Translations under genes and position numbers: made by a program | Source of the DNA: Takakia lepidozioides | Taxonomy: Eukaryota > Plantae > Bryophyta | DNA: 64,000 bases | Direction of reading: 5' to 3' | NCBI GenBank assembly: GCA_030704615.1 | Contig: CM060731.1 | Span: forward strand, 930,001-994,000 | Shown here: positions 24,949 through 39,012 of the stretch, piece by piece | Position numbering within the stretch: the stretch's first letter is position 1 | Layout of the letters: each line of letters opens with the position of its first letter | Notes under the pieces: generated by a model | What the model was told of the DNA's origin: nothing | Database searches by the model: none | Seen by the model: only the letters and a program-made list of their open reading frames with translations

Positions 24949-27442
24949 TCACATGCAACCTTGTCCATCTCGCCACTCCAGGTAAAGCAATCCAGCTTTG
25001 TAGTGGGCATAAGCACCTGCAATCACAAGCACGTGGAAGATCTGATGGCTATGGCCTGCTATATCAAAGCAACCTGGCTTCCAGCGTTCAGGTATGCGTG
25101 TAGCATAGACAACAGTGCCTACTCCATAAAACAGGGCCATTCCAATCTCATACAGCACTGTCTCAAAGGCGTAGGGCTCATTATGGAAGCTTATGAGCTT
25201 GTGAGCCGCAGGTATAATTCCTGACAACCCCATCCCTGCAAACGCCATAGCACGTACTGTGCGGAACTTTGGAGTCTGGAACACCGGCACCAGAGACACG
25301 ACCACCGTCATGATGCCAAGCAGACTTATCCCGGTCAAGTAAACAAACCGCCATACTGGTTGGCAAAGAAACACATAGTAGATTGGAGGGAAAAAGCTAG
25401 TAGCAATCATGATTGCTATGCCGGCATAATCCAGGCGCCAAAGCCAGTAGGTGAGGCTGCTGGAGTGGCAAGATAATAGATGGCAGAAGCTGCTGGACAG
25501 CAGACAGAACATAGATCCTCCCATAAAAACAAAGAATGGCCACCGCGTGGCCGGTTCATTCCAGAAAGGAGCTACCATCTTGCCCAGCTGCTGTTTCATG
25601 CCTTGCTGCAAGCAACACCCATACCACAGCCTCAGAACCTAATCTACAAAGCCTACCGTCGACAGTCTGCAACTCCCATGGCTATCCCCAACACAGAACA
25701 TAGGGCCCACTGGGTAAGACCTATACTAGCACCTATGCAATTTACCCCTGGAAAGGCCCAACTACATATTCATGACCATTCAATACAAGAAGCATTCACG
25801 AGCAATCCCTTCCCTGCACAAAATAAACAGATTGACAAGTTTAGGCAAAGGTTTTGTGGAAGATGGAGGGCACAGTTACCATGAAGCATTGCTTGGTGCT
25901 GTTTGGGGCAACAATGATGCTGTCTGGAATGCACTTCGCCAGGATTTGAGGTAAATGCTCCTGAAGGAAAGATGGGACAGTAGCCAATGATGGAAAGCAG
26001 TGCACAAGCTCAACATGCAGCTGATGCATATCTGCACGGTTGGGCACATGAGCCAATCTTGTCAAGCTCTCTGGCAGTTGCACCCCCTTGGGCACCTCCC
26101 TCGCTGCATAGATGGTAAGCATCAGAAACAATATGAAACCAATTAAGTGCCTGCACATCCAACCACCGGCGTTCCATTATGTCAGAACTCTCAAAAAGTC
26201 ACAAGCTCAGAAACTACTACAATCTACAATACGCTTCCATAGGTTTGCATAGGGGTTTAGGCTTTGACTTCAATCATTAACACCCAAGCATAACAGTGTC
26301 CCCTTCCACCTACCTGTCAAGAAATTGGCTCCAGAAGGAAGGCAGCTTGGCAATTGCTGTACAAATATGGAGGCAAAAAACAAAAGCATATCCAAATACA
26401 TTTTTTGATTTGGCACCAACTTGGGACTTCCAAAGTCCTTTTGGATTCATTACATTGGGCTCAATGCTGGACTTCATTAGAACTTTCCTGGATTCAGCCA
26501 AATCCACCGGCCCTATTCACTTCCCTACCGTTGCCAATTCAAGCATCCCTTCCTTGGCGTGGCGCTCATATTCTTGGTCTACACCCACTGCCTGCCCTGT
26601 CAACACTCTACAGACCACCCTCCAGAACACCGTCACCTACATTCTTGGGTAAAGAAGATCCGTTTCTTGCCAACATGCCATAGCAATTAGATAATTCCTC
26701 ACCAAAGGAATTACCACTTTCCAAAGGGAGCAGATGGGACGACGAGCAACAGAGGTGGACAAAAGCCGTTACCGATTATTGACTAGTTTCAAAACTGACA
26801 ACATTTAGAGAACCCGAATGTAGGTTGGATCGTATCTGCACCAGTAGTAGAAGACTTCCGAAACATGCATTCCGACAGGGGGAGCCATTATGACAGTTCC
26901 GAAGACTGACCAGAGACCCATCATCACAGAGGCCGTCCGGTGACCGCAAAGGGGGGTGTACATCGTTTCGAACAGAGTAAGAAAGGAATTAGAACATCAA
27001 CCCGAATTCAAACAGACAAATAATGGCTTGGGTGGGAACGAGATACTGACGTCCAAATATTGAGAGTCTCATTGTGGATGGTGAAAATGCTCAGCAGGGT
27101 CTCTCGCATGGGCCAATCCGAGCGGTAATGTCGCAATATGTACTCATTATCCCTCAAGTATTCAGGCAGCACATGAAAATCCACCAAGTCGTATTGCTTC
27201 TTCACTTTCTGCCACAGCCTGCGCGCCCTTGCACTGCCGCCTGGGCTCAGAGGCGGCGTGTAATCACAGAACCCACCATTCCTTTCGCTTCCATCGTCAC
27301 CGCAAGTCGCACCGTTTTCTCCAACTGCCCCGTCACCACCATCACGATTGCATTCCCCCTGGGCACGTTCATGCGCCCCCTTGCGAGCCCGCAGAGTAGC
27401 CTCCTGCGCTTGCATTTTCAAATCCGCCTCCTCTACTTGCAT
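24949..27442 (-). CDS. Heptahelical transmembrane protein (PAQR/ADIPOR/Hly-III family, HHP-like), 3 exons, ~439 aa
   Basis: Exons 27442-27051, 26150-25880, 25605-24949. Motifs: LPEYLRDNEYILRHYR, IHNETLNIWTHLIG, SSFCHLLSCHS, RLDYAGI, RIPERWKPGCFDIAGHSHQIFHVLV. Confidence 0.95.
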
Positions 27443-28929
27443 TCTCAACAAGTATCCACCGAGGCAGACAACATTGAGCGAAACAGCTTCCTTCTCCTCT
27501 CCTCACCAAATCAAAAATTGGGCAGCTCCGTCTGCGATTGCGTGGCAAACCAAAAGCAGAAGAAGGCGGTGGCGGCCGCAGAGACAGACGGGACAAGGCA
27601 GCTCACAATCCACATAAACACCTCCTGCACCTGCCCAGTGCGGCCCCTACGGGGGCACCCCCAATCTCTCTCTACGTCTCCACCCAATTCCACACTCTAC
27701 GTTACCCCCGTCTCTTTCAGTTGTGCATCACCCACAACTACTTTTCCTGGATCGTGGGGGCCCCGAGATTATGGAAGCCAAGATGCCGCCACAAAAATGG
27801 TTCCCGCCACAATTGCGTTTTGTGGGTTCGTTGCGTTGTGATTGGGGCGGAGTGTATCTGAAGAAACGCACAAAGAATGTACTGTGCATCTTTGGTGGCC
27901 CGCCCTCGCTGTCCTTTTCTTCATCATCCGCAGTAGGAATCCTGATTTGAACGCACCACCACCTCGATCTGTGTGTAGACATGTCAGAGAAGGGTGCTGT
28001 GCACGCGCTCGGGATTGATGACGCTCACGTAAAGAACTAGGGCTGATTTCTCTTTGTTTGTAACAGCCAGCCACACAAATATCATTACGGATTACACACC
28101 TGCGTAATGCACAGCTGCGATATTTCTTTATCTTTACCTCCAAGATCTTTTCTCACAGAAAGCTCCCAGCGGGGAGAAAGCATAAAGGAAGGATGAAAAG
28201 ATAAGGAAATTATCCCATTTCTTTACGTAGGGTAGGGCCCTTCAGGTCGGGTATTACGGAAATTGAGGTACAGAGCCGAGCCCTACCCTATACAAAGAAC
28301 TGCCTAGAATTTTCCTTTATGATTCAAGGTCCCTCCCTGACGGGAATATGCCTCGAAATATTCCCGCTCAAATTGGAGGAACATTCTGCAGATTGGATGA
28401 AAATTCTGAGCCGTTCTTCACGTTCGGGAAGGCCCCTGCCCGCGGGCATTGCACGATTTTCGGGCTGCCACCCTCGGGCGTTACCTTCCCCTACACGTAA
28501 AGAATCGCACCACTAGCTTGGGGCCTTACCACACTAGCGGCACACCAACGGCACTGACGTTGCAGGCTAGGGATTGTTGGATGATATAGGTCCATGTCAC
28601 CAAGCGGCAATGAATCGGCTACCACACTATGGCAAAAACCCAACAGCCAAAACATCGCAACTACCTTATCTTTTCATTCTACAAATAACCCATTCCTAGA
28701 ACCTTTGACATCGAGAGACCATCGCACGATGGGGTCGGAGAGAGCAACTTCGCGATGGCGGGAGAATCGTGTCACGACAAAATGTCTTCCTAAATTTGTG
28801 GATTTCCAGGGGACACTGCCTGGAAATCCGTACTTCACGGTAATGTGACATGTAGGCGTCAGGTCGGAGCCATGTCAACGCCTCTCCGCCGGCAGCAGCC
28901 GCTACTGTGGTAGGCAGAGCGGCACACTG

Positions 28930-29643
28930 TGTCGCGGCCCTTCGCTTTGAGGGCAGGGGGGTCGGGACACAAGAGGGGCTGCCCTGTGGTGGGGGCAGTG
29001 GCAACAATAGATACGGGGGCTGAAGCACCCTTGAGTGCCCAAGGCACTCAAGGAGGCGGAGGCGCTCACTAGGTGGAACCCCGCACACCGGGTTGCGGTG
29101 GGGGTGGTTCCACGAGGGGTGGTGGTAGCTTAGTGGGACTTAGTGGGGTGGCATATGACTCACCATGGGGACGGAGACCTTGTGGTGGGAGTCGTGGGGA
29201 ATCTTGGGACTCATCACGGTCCAATGGGGCGTGGTGGGTAGGCCAAGACTCATCACCGGGAATCGAGGGTTTTCGTGGTGGTTCGCCATAAAATGGCATG
29301 GTTGTTTGTGAAACCCCCGCAGACAGTCACAAAAGTATATATAGGGAGTAGTAACCCCGAGAACGGTGCAAGCCCGTTGGTGACCAAAAACTAGTGAGTA
29401 AGCGTGCGAGCCGGAAAGCGACCAAGGTGTGGGGAGCTGTTCCGGACTGCCATCGACCAAAGGGAATTTCAACTTGGCCCAAATTGAAAGAGGGTCAAGT
29501 GGAGGAGTAAAGGGGGACCGTTATGTCCCGGTGAGCAGTCGAAGCTCCGAGTTGGTCCAGCGGCCAGTTTGGGAGTTAGGCACGCGCATCGGAGTGAGTA
29601 ACTATGACTTGAAGGGGAGCTTACCGAAGTAAGGTGCGCGACA
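28930..29643 (+). mobile_element. Solo LTR (714 bp)
   Basis: Termini TGTCGCG...CGCGACA; 5-bp TSD CACTG (28925-28929, 29644-29648); homologous to the PBS-adjacent LTR at 38289-39012. Confidence 0.92.
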
Positions 29644-30389
29644 CACTGCCCTCCCTTAAACCAATAGGAGGGTCCAAAATTGAGTGCCACTGCCCCTCTT
29701 GCCGCTAGTGTGGTATCGCCCTTACACTCCGTAACGCTCCTTGCCAGCCTGACAAGACATTTTTTTTTTAAAAAAAATCTTTACGTTGGGGAAGCAACCC
29801 ACTCTCGTTGCTTCACTGGTTCTCGCCCTTGCCCCTCGGGCTCCGGCCGCGTGGCAAGGGGCCCACACCTATGAAGGACCTCGCCTGGGTTGCTTACCCT
29901 ACACAAACCACCCTTCTTAATCACCAGGAATAGCCTAAGTTGTCGTCATCATCACTAGCGTTTTTTTTATCTTGGCAAATTTTGCCAAATTTTGACCTCA
30001 AAAAATAAAATAAAATATTTTGTCTCAAATTCCCTAGTTTTTCATAGATGAAATCGCCAAACTTCTCCAAATGAAAAATAGATTATGGATCAATAAAATA
30101 TGGATGGTATCAATGGATGAGAAAATAGAGGAGGATGATTCTATCCAAATTTTAGTGGATGAAAAAAATATACAGCTATTTCTTGCAAACTCAGTAGCCA
30201 CTGGTGCTGTTTTTCAAATTTCAAAAACGCACCGTGGTAAGGATGTTATCTTGGCTTAAGACTGACCGTGAAGTGTGGCAGATGCTTGGCGAGGCGATGT
30301 AGATCTACTGCATAAGCACCGTTACATCAGCTCCTACTGCGTAGCCAATTGGGAGGAGTGCGTCAGGGTTTCTGCAAATAGAAGGTAAA

Positions 30390-30990
30390 CAATGTCTTTT
30401 TCCCTGCTCATGCCTGTTGTTACGAGAGCCATGGCAAACAAGGATGTGATAGATATGGAGAGATTGCAACGATTGGAGGCTAGGGCTGCTATAGAACAAG
30501 GGATAAGGGATGAGGCACAAAATACGATCCCCTGGGACCTGAGAGGACAGACAAAGGTAAGCCCTCAGGAAGTAAGTTGGCAGAGGGGGTTGCGAAAGCG
30601 CAGAATGATTCTATAGATATTGAGGGGCTGTGTGAGCCTATGGATGTCATTTCAAGTTATCCACCTCTCATGAAAATGTTGACTAATCAACACAGCCCTG
30701 AGCAAGTTGTTTTTAAGGCTCATGAACATGGTGACAGAATGCACAAGCAGCAGTATCCGGAGTACCACGTGGGGAAAGATTTTGAGTCGTTTTTTGAGTT
30801 TTTTGAGATCATTAGGAAAATGAACTCGGTATCTAAGAAATTCATTGTCAAATCATTTAAAATTTGCTTGAAAGGGGAAGCTAGGCAGATTTTTTAGTCA
30901 AGTATTAGGGACAAGGGAGAGCTCACGTGGGATGAGGCAAAAGGATTGGCCTGTAAGTTGTTTCAAGCTGAGGAACCCACTACAATACAC
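30390..30990 (+). mobile_element. Degenerate retrotransposon gag fragment
   Basis: YPEYHVGKDFESFFEFFE...FKICLKGEARQIF*...LTWDEAK resembles the Retrotrans_gag core; stops and frameshifts present. Confidence 0.55.
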
Positions 30991-31200
30991 CCTATGTAAT
31001 TTTGACGATTTAGTTTGACGTTGGCATTGACTGTTCCAACCATTTTGCAGTCAAAATTTATATTAAAATATTCGAGGTGCTAGACAACCGCGAAAATTTT
31101 GACTGTAGTGAGAGACTTTTGACTACCTAAAATGAGCTGACTGAGACAACCAGTTAAGCAATGGCACGTGTAATCACAATATATAAACTATATAGCAATA
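30990..31200 (+). repeat. Left member of a diverged inverted pair (partner ~37090-37334)
   Basis: Blocks TTTGACGATT, ACTGTTCCAACCATTT, ATATTAAAATATTCGA, GAGAGACTTT(T)GACTACCTAAA and CTGACTGA.ACAACCA occur in reverse complement at 37090-37334. Confidence 0.7.
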
Positions 31201-31824
31201 GATACGTGGATAATAAGAAGTAAAAATATTTAACTACTTTTTCACTGACCTAGCACATTAATAGTAAACTAATCGTGTGCTGGTTAAGGTTAGTGAAACA
31301 AAACAACTGAATTACCTGAACGAATGATAAACAAACGCCTTGCTGGCAGCTATTGGATGAACGTATGAAAAGTTAGTGAAACAGAACAACTGAATTATCT
31401 GAACGAATTATAGACAAACGCCTTGCTGGAATTAATTAATTTCATATGAATGGATGAAATAAAAATGGATGAACTAATAAACGGAAAACCAAATGGATTG
31501 ATGCAAAACCCAAAATGCATCCATCTACGATACATTCATCCAAATAATTCAAAATGGATTTAGGGTTGCGGGATTGCCTTCAGCGATGAGGAAGTTATGG
31601 GACTTATCATTTTGTTGTGTTTGCGTGGGAGGATCTACAGGATATGCATGTAGCTTGGGTAGACAACCGCAATCGCAAGGTGTGGCTTTTTCTTAATGTA
31701 CGATGTGAAGAAGTTTGTTCATCCTGCAAATGTGGGCTACCATGATTTAGTATTCTTCCTGATGTTTACAAGGTTATTGGGAGAGTCGGCTTGGTCTTAG
31801 CAAGCCGTGTTTCAATCTCCGCCC

Positions 31825-34487
31825 TGTCGTGCACATACGTATCGCTACACAACTACATCGTTGTCCAAACCATACCACACATATATGCACAATAAAATAG
31901 TCTGCCACAATAGATATGAAAACTAAACTCACACTGTTAACACAGAAACACGAAATACAACACAATCACTCATTAAAATAAGAGTCGAGCCAGGGGCACC
32001 CCAAGCTATGGGGACTCCACCCCACAACATCCTACTCTCCCTCCATAAGTACATTCAGATGCTAAGCAACGAGGGAGCTCGGTCGTGCAGACTCAACTCG
32101 AGAGACATGAGCCGCACGACTGACGAGCTCGTGAAGATAAGATGGTTCAGGTGTCAAGCTAAACTTGACACCTAACTTAATACTTGAACTAATTACAAGT
32201 GTTAAATACAAATAACTAGGTTTATTCTAGTTAGTTTCACATTGTGTTTATTTAACTTGACAGCTGTCGTGCGCATACGTATCGCTACACAACTACATTG
32301 TTGTCCAAACCATACCACACATATATGCACAATAAAGTAGTCTGCCACAATCGCCCCCCTAGCTGGTGGTTAGGTCCCTATAACTCCAGAAAGCTACAAG
32401 ATGTAATAGCCACAGCCGTACTAAGTTCTCTATCACTGTCCCTATTGTACTCAAACTCTATAGACCAAGAGGCCGGGTACAAAAGTAGCCCCATCGTTAG
32501 TCGTCGTCTTGCAATATGTGAACTTGAGCCAGGATCTCGTGTGTTGGTCTCCTAGTAGCTTGGCCTTGCATTTATTGTTAGTCTTCCATGGTTGTGTCAC
32601 TATCCAATGCAATGCGGACATAACCAATTCCCATCAGGAACCATCTCAATAGGTGGAGTCAAGCATCCCATATGCCAACCTCTAGAGCATCGATCACACA
32701 CCAGCATGGTGGCTGCCCCTCTAGCACTAAGCAGACCCACACAACATGCACCTCAAACTTGCAGGTACCACTGCCAGGTTTGGGTCAATCCTGCCATCAA
32801 CATTCGGAAGGTGACATGGCATCAGGGTACTGCGCACCAACTGTGCAACATAGCGGAGTGAGACGTGTCGTGTAGTCTCATCCCTTTCCACATACAGATA
32901 ATGTCAAACTCTCGTACACCTGTCTGCAGCACTGCAGCCAATCCAGTGCTGATCCCGCCAAACAAGTCTAGAAGACATATGCCTTCATCCGGGTACTGCC
33001 ACAAATGCCTCTACCCAGGCTTGTTGCATCCGTCTATCAGCAGCCTGCTGCAAATCTTTGCTCGTGCTCCACAATGGAGTGTGAACAACCATGGTAGGCA
33101 ACTTCGCCGTACCATGCATATCATCTTGCTCTGCTGGAGATGGCACATCCTCTGCATGAGCATTGCCTTCTAGCAACTCTCCAGGCCAACTCACTATACA
33201 TGTGAAGGCTGCTAGTGTCGGTATCTTGCCCCGCTGGGTAGCTGCAACACCCCCAATAGGGAGTTGTACACGACGGCCATCTCCTGATTACCATCCAGGC
33301 CTATACGAGGCCGGCTCCTCCCAAAAATCCAGGGTGAAGCCCATGGGATATAATACTGCCCCACCAACCAACACATCATATGAAACTGCGTCCGTCACAA
33401 TGGCCTTGGCTCGCATAACTAAGTCATCTGTAGGATGATCCGGCTGCAGTCTAATGAACAACTCATGGCGTGTCATGCCTCGAGCCCTTTCTGATCCCCC
33501 CAGAGATGTCTATATCTGGAAAGGACAAGGCTCCATGTCCGCCTCTGTGAGCCCCAAACCTACGATAGCAGCTCTGCCCAGCATAAGTGGCTGAGCTCCC
33601 GAGTCCAGCAGTACTCGTAGTGGCTGAAACCTCCTGCCCACCGGCCCACTCAAACAGAAAACACCATCCTGGTTGTCCAACAAAACAACTCCAGGTGTCA
33701 CCATGGCGCGCTCAATGGCTGGTTTAGCTGGTAGTTCCGTCAACCTAGCAGCTGCAGCTTGCCATGGTGCAGTCGTGGCAGTCTTGACCCTCAAATCCAA
33801 GGATCCTTCCGCCACTGCACCTTCTACTAACTCCGCAGAAGATGAAGTGACCTCTCCACTCTCACAGAGTGTTGCTGCTAGTCTGAACACTGCAGCTGGT
33901 CTTACCCCCGGCGTCGCAATCATGGTTGCCGAGAACAGTGGGGCCTGACACACAAAGGTGGCCGCCCCCAACAGCACACTTGCTGCACTAGCCTTGGCAG
34001 CAGGTATTGGCGCTACACGTGTTGCTCTCCCCAATGGCACAATAACCTCCGCCTCGGTATCAATGGGGCGAGAACTAGGTGCCATGGATGGCGTCAACAC
34101 TGTCTCTGCCAATGTGAATTATTGAGGCAGCTTGGCCTGACGGCTTGCCTCCCCATGCTGTGGATCTAACTTCACCTCTACGCCTCGTGGCTCATGAACT
34201 CGTGCTACTCTTTGAGTTACGGCTACAGCAGAATCTACCTGTATAAGTGGCCATTCAAGTGTTGCCCCGCACATAAATCCCATGTCTCTCATGCCTGCCA
34301 TGTCTCCTCCATCAGGATGACGCTGTTGAGGAGGAACAGGGGATGGACCCTCACTTCTTGGAGCTGGTACTACATGAGCTATGGCCATGGCAGCAAGCCT
34401 TTGCTCTAGCTGTTGAAGCCAGTTGGCCATGCCTTGGTCAATCCTGACCTCCACGACCTTGGCCATGTTGTGCTTGGCCTCGTCTTG
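31825..34487 (-). mobile_element. Internally deleted Ty3/gypsy element: gag-like, aspartic protease, C5-methyltransferase remnant, [deletion], PHD, PPT, A-B-A terminal repeat
   Basis: Protease VLLDSGAQPLMLG and YDVLVG; ICLLDLFGGISTGLAAVLQTG at ~32920-32985; PHD at ~32600-32790; PPT at 32351-32363; 85-bp repeats at 31825-31909 and 32265-32349; no RT, RNase H or integrase. Confidence 0.85.
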
Positions 34488-35600
34488 TCACCATGCACCT
34501 CTTTGCCCTTTTCCAGGGCTGCTAGGCTTGCACAAGTATTGCAAATGCACGCAAAACGTGATGTGGTTGCACTTCACCCCTTCCCCCATCAATTGCTCAT
34601 ACGTCTCCAAGGCCTCCATCCCGCGCCCCTGCTGTGCATACCCTGCAAGCATCGCGTTCCACGACACCACATCTCGTTCAGCCATAGTGTTGAACAATCC
34701 TTTTGCATCCTCAATGCTCCCACATTTGGCATACATGTCCATCAGGGCAAAGTTCAGAATGACATTGGGTACAATTCCAGCTTTTGACAATGTCACCATG
34801 GACCTCTTTGCCCTTTTCCAGGCTGCCAGGCTTGCACACGCACTACAAATGCACACAAATGTGACGTGGTTGGGCTTCACCCCTTCGCAGATCATTTGCT
34901 CATAGGTCTCCCAAGCCTCCATCCCGCGCCCTTGTTGTGCATTACCTGCAATCATCGCACTCCACAACACCACATCTCGTTCAGCCATATTGTCGAACAT
35001 TCGCTTTGCATGCTCGATGCTCCCACACTTGGCATACATGTCCACCAGGGTATTGTTCAAGATCACATCTGGTACCATTCCTGCTCTGACGAAGTCGCCA
35101 TGCACCTCTTTGCCCTTTTCCAGGGCTGCCAGGCTTGCACATCATTTGCCACTAGGTCTCCAAAGCATTCCTACCACACCCATGCTTGGTAAATCCTGCC
35201 AACATTATATTTCACGTGATCAAAGATTGTTGAGGCATTCTGTTGAACACTTGGTGAGCATCCACGATGCTCCCGCAGTTAACATACATGTTGACAAGGG
35301 TGTTGAGGAGAAAAACATTTGGCGTGAATCCACTTTGGACAATGTGAGTGTGCACCTGCTTTCCAGTTTCCAGGCCTTTCACCTTGATGCACTTAAGCAA
35401 GAGACAGACATACTTATCTGAATCTGCTAAAATTCCTCATTGGCTTAAAGTTTGTAGAGCCTCATTCAGTCTGCCTGCCTCACAAAGCATCTTGACATGC
35501 CCATAAGTGCCAGAACAGGCATTGTGGACACCCTCTCTTGATCGTCTTCCAGAAGCTGTGGTCATGGTTGAGGTGCGTGATTTTATCATTTGTGCCGCTG
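34488..35600 (-). pseudogene. PLS-class pentatricopeptide repeat (PPR) gene, disrupted and 3'-truncated
   Basis: Repeated NTLVDMYAKCGSIEHAKRMFDNMAERDVVLWSAMIAG / GVKPNHVTFVCI units; stops at 35437 and 35212; frameshifts; abuts the retroelement at ~34488. Confidence 0.9.
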
Positions 35601-37339
35601 CTGCCACGGCTTCCAATTGACCATCTACCCATGCAGGTTTCTTGTAGCTATCCTTCCACAGGGAATCATAGGTAATTTGGAGCTTGAAATCCGGCCCGCT
35701 TCGATGAATCTCGACCCACACTCTATCCCTGCTCCTTCATTCCAGAGCTTATTGTTTATGTTATCTGTTTTGAATACTTTCCTGTTGCCACATAGGCAGT
35801 AACATATCAAAATCACTTCAAAACCACCGGTACCATAGATCCACCAAGAGCTAACTTGCAGAATTCAACATGCAAAATTAGGGACAACTCTGATAACAGG
35901 GAAAAAAGGCTGAAATGTATTGAAGAAGGTACCTCCGTTACCGTTGCCTGGTTCTATCAACCGAGTCTGATGGGAGGGCAAAACAGGCTGAAATAGGTCG
36001 AAGAAGAAGGTGCCCTCACTGCATTGTCCTCGACCTTGTGTCATGACCCATGGAGGATTTGACTGACCATGAACCTAAGAGAACCTCTTGTGTGTGTTGT
36101 TTGTGTCTGTAGTCAGGTAATGTCTGATTGGTCTGTGAGAACCACCACGGTGCAGCTGAGCGGGCAGAAATTGAAGCACAGCCTGCTAAGACCAAGCTGA
36201 CTCTTCCAAGAACCTTGTAAACATCAGGAAGAATACCAAAGCACGGTACTAACAGAAGCCAAGACCCAACATTTGCAGGATGGACAAACTTCTTCACATC
36301 GTACATTAAGAAAAAGCCACACCTTACGATTGCGGTTGTCCCACCATCGTGAAGGATTTTTAAAAACTCATGCCAGCTCTGCTCCGTGCTGCAAATTCAG
36401 GGCTGAGTCTGATGAGAGCGCAAAACAGGCTGAAATAGGTCGAAGAAGAAGGTGCCCTCACCACATTGTCCTCAACCTAAGACCAAGTTGACTCTCCCCA
36501 GAACGGCGAGCTCTCAGTCGACACCTCCTCGCACACCTACCCTAGCTTGCTTCAGATGCGAAGGTTGCTCCAACTGCGGGCCTCCCATGTTTGCCCTCCC
36601 TCTCCTCCCACTCGCTCTCTCTCCCTCCCTGCCGCTCGCTGCTCAAAGTCCCAAGCCTCTATTCACGGCTACCGGGATGGGCAACTTTTTAAATTTTTAA
36701 CATCTTACAAACCCTATAAGCAACTTTTGCAATTTTTTTAAAACCTTTTGCACTCTGCAACAAGTTTTAAAGGTACCATGTACTAGCTCTACCCCGTTCT
36801 CATTTTACAATGTTGAATGATTCATATTTATGTCCCTGCACTGATATGACCACACTTAATTTGACTCCCTTCAATCATAATATGAGGACTGTTAAGCTTG
36901 CATTGCATTCGGTTTACATTGCAAAGTGCGACGACCACCTCTTCGTCTTTCCGAGGGCAGATTTCTGAAGTTCATGATTTATTCCGTTTGCAGCGGAGTA
37001 CTAACTAAACCCATACACCACAATGTGGAAAGTATAAATTCCAGTGAAAGTATAGTCAAACTTTTTGCTACTTACTTATCCATATTAATATATAAATAAT
37101 AAATATGTTGCAGATACACGTGTCATGGTTTAAATGGTTGTGTCAGTCAGTTGATTTAGGTAGTCAAAGTCTCTCGCAATTATGGCCCTGAAATAGTGAA
37201 ACTATTTCACTATCGTGTATTATGTCGAATATTTTAATATTGTTTTTTTTACTGTGAAATGGTTGGAACAGTAAAAAATGACAACAATAATTTTTTTTAT
37301 TTTTTTTATTTTTAAAAATCGTCAAACTGACAGGTTGAG

Positions 37340-38001
37340 AAACCCAGGTGCATTGTAGTGTACAATGGTATGGACATTTGTCTGTTTTTCAAATCTGTCA
37401 CAGATGCACAAACCACTTAAAGTTTTTCAGGTATCACCAGAGAAGTGGTACCAATCACTATTGCGTAGGCAACCACTCATGCGCGACCATTAGAATTGTG
37501 GTTCCAATTACTGCAGTGTCTTTCACCACCCACTCTACACCACTGTCACAGTTGTACAAATCAATGAGGTGTCTTTAACCACTCAAGATCAACGTGCACT
37601 GTCCCCGTCCACGTGGAATATTATATTTATTAATTTAAATAGATTTTCAAATCATAAATCATAAATAAAATTTGAATTATTACACGTGGAGTAGCAAGTG
37701 GTTTCGACCACTTCCCATCACTGAGGTGTCTATAACCACTCACAATCTACCACTGCACCCGTCCATGTGGAATATAATGTTTATTAACTAGAATATATTA
37801 CCAAATAGAAATAAAAAATAAAAACAATTCATTACACGTGGAATACTGAGTGGTTCAAACCACTTCCAACCACTGTCTGTGATGCCACCGTGGCATTCAA
37901 TCAGGATTAACCACTGGCAAGTGGTTACTAGTGGTTTATAGAGTGGGAAAAGACAATAGTGGTTAAAGGGCCAGTGGTTATTCCGCGTTTTTCTTCTAGT
38001 G
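37340..38001 (-). mobile_element. CACTA (EnSpm) element end with subterminal repeats
   Basis: Minus-strand terminus CACTAGAAGAAAAAC at 38001; many AACCACT/AGTGGTT motifs; ~130-bp tandem duplication at 37575-37870; other end not found. Confidence 0.7.
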
Positions 38002-39012
38002 ACCCTTCCCAAAAGGCTGCTGGCATGGGAGACATCTGTTGGTCTGGCGGAGCCTTTGGGAAGTCCTCGGGCTCCGACTCCCCAAATTCCTCCCGTACTT
38101 GAGTGGCCTCGCTTTCAGAAGCATAAATCGCCTCTTCCATTTGCCACTTCGGTGACACGCCGCCCCCACCGGGCTCACCAGGATCATCGTCTTTCGGGCT
38201 GTTCCGCTTTCGTTTTGTCTTGCCTGACCCCATGGTGAGGTCGATCTCAAGGACAATCGCGTACTGAACTCTAAGCTCTGATACCAAGTGTCGCGCACCT
38301 CACTTCAGTAAACTCTCTTTCAAGTCATAGTTATTCGCTTTGATGCACGCGCCTAACTCTCAAACCGGCTGCCGGGCCAACTCGGAGCTTCGGCTGTTCA
38401 CCGGGGCATAACGGTCATTCTCACACTCCAACTCGACCCTCGACCTGTCGGGCTCAGTGGAAATTCCCTTTGGTAGATGGCAGTCCGGAACAGCTCCCCA
38501 CACCCTGGTCGCTTTCCGGCTCGCACGCTTACTCACTAATTTTTGGTTACCAACGGGCTTGCATCGTTCTCGGGGTTACTACTCCTTATATATACTTCTG
38601 TAGGTGTCCGCAGGGGTTCCACAAGTAGCCAAGTCCAAATCTGGTGCACCACTACTTAGACCCTCAATCGTCCCTGTGGTGAGCCGTGGTGAGCCTTGGC
38701 CCACCCACCACGGCCCCAATGGACCGTGGTGAGTCCCAAGACTCCCCACGACTCCCACCACAAGGCCTCAACCTCATGGTGAGTCATATGCCACCCCCAC
38801 TACAACTCCCTACGCTACCACCACCCCTCGTGGAGCCCCCACCACCGCCACCCGGTTTTCGGGGCTCCACCTAGTGAGCGCCACCGCCTCCTTAAGTGCC
38901 TTCGGCACTCAAGGGTGCTTCTGCCCCTTTCCTATTTGCTGCCACTACCCCCACCACAGGGGCAGCCCCTCTTGTGTCCGACCCCCCGCTCTCAAGGCAA
39001 AGGGCCGCGAAA
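38002..39012 (-). mobile_element. 5' part of an LTR retrotransposon: LTR (38289-39012), tRNA-iMet PBS, gag start
   Basis: LTR ends ...GCGCGACA, then CT, then TGGTATCAGAGC (38275-38286); ORF MGSGKTKRKR... is cut by the CACTA end; same family as the solo LTR. Confidence 0.9.

Noticed and set aside
27074-27841. 255-aa plus-strand ORF
   Set aside because: Antisense shadow of the GC-rich HHP exon 1 and 5' UTR.
28000-28929. Possible older repeat hosting the solo LTR
   Set aside because: No termini, TSD or coding motif could be established.
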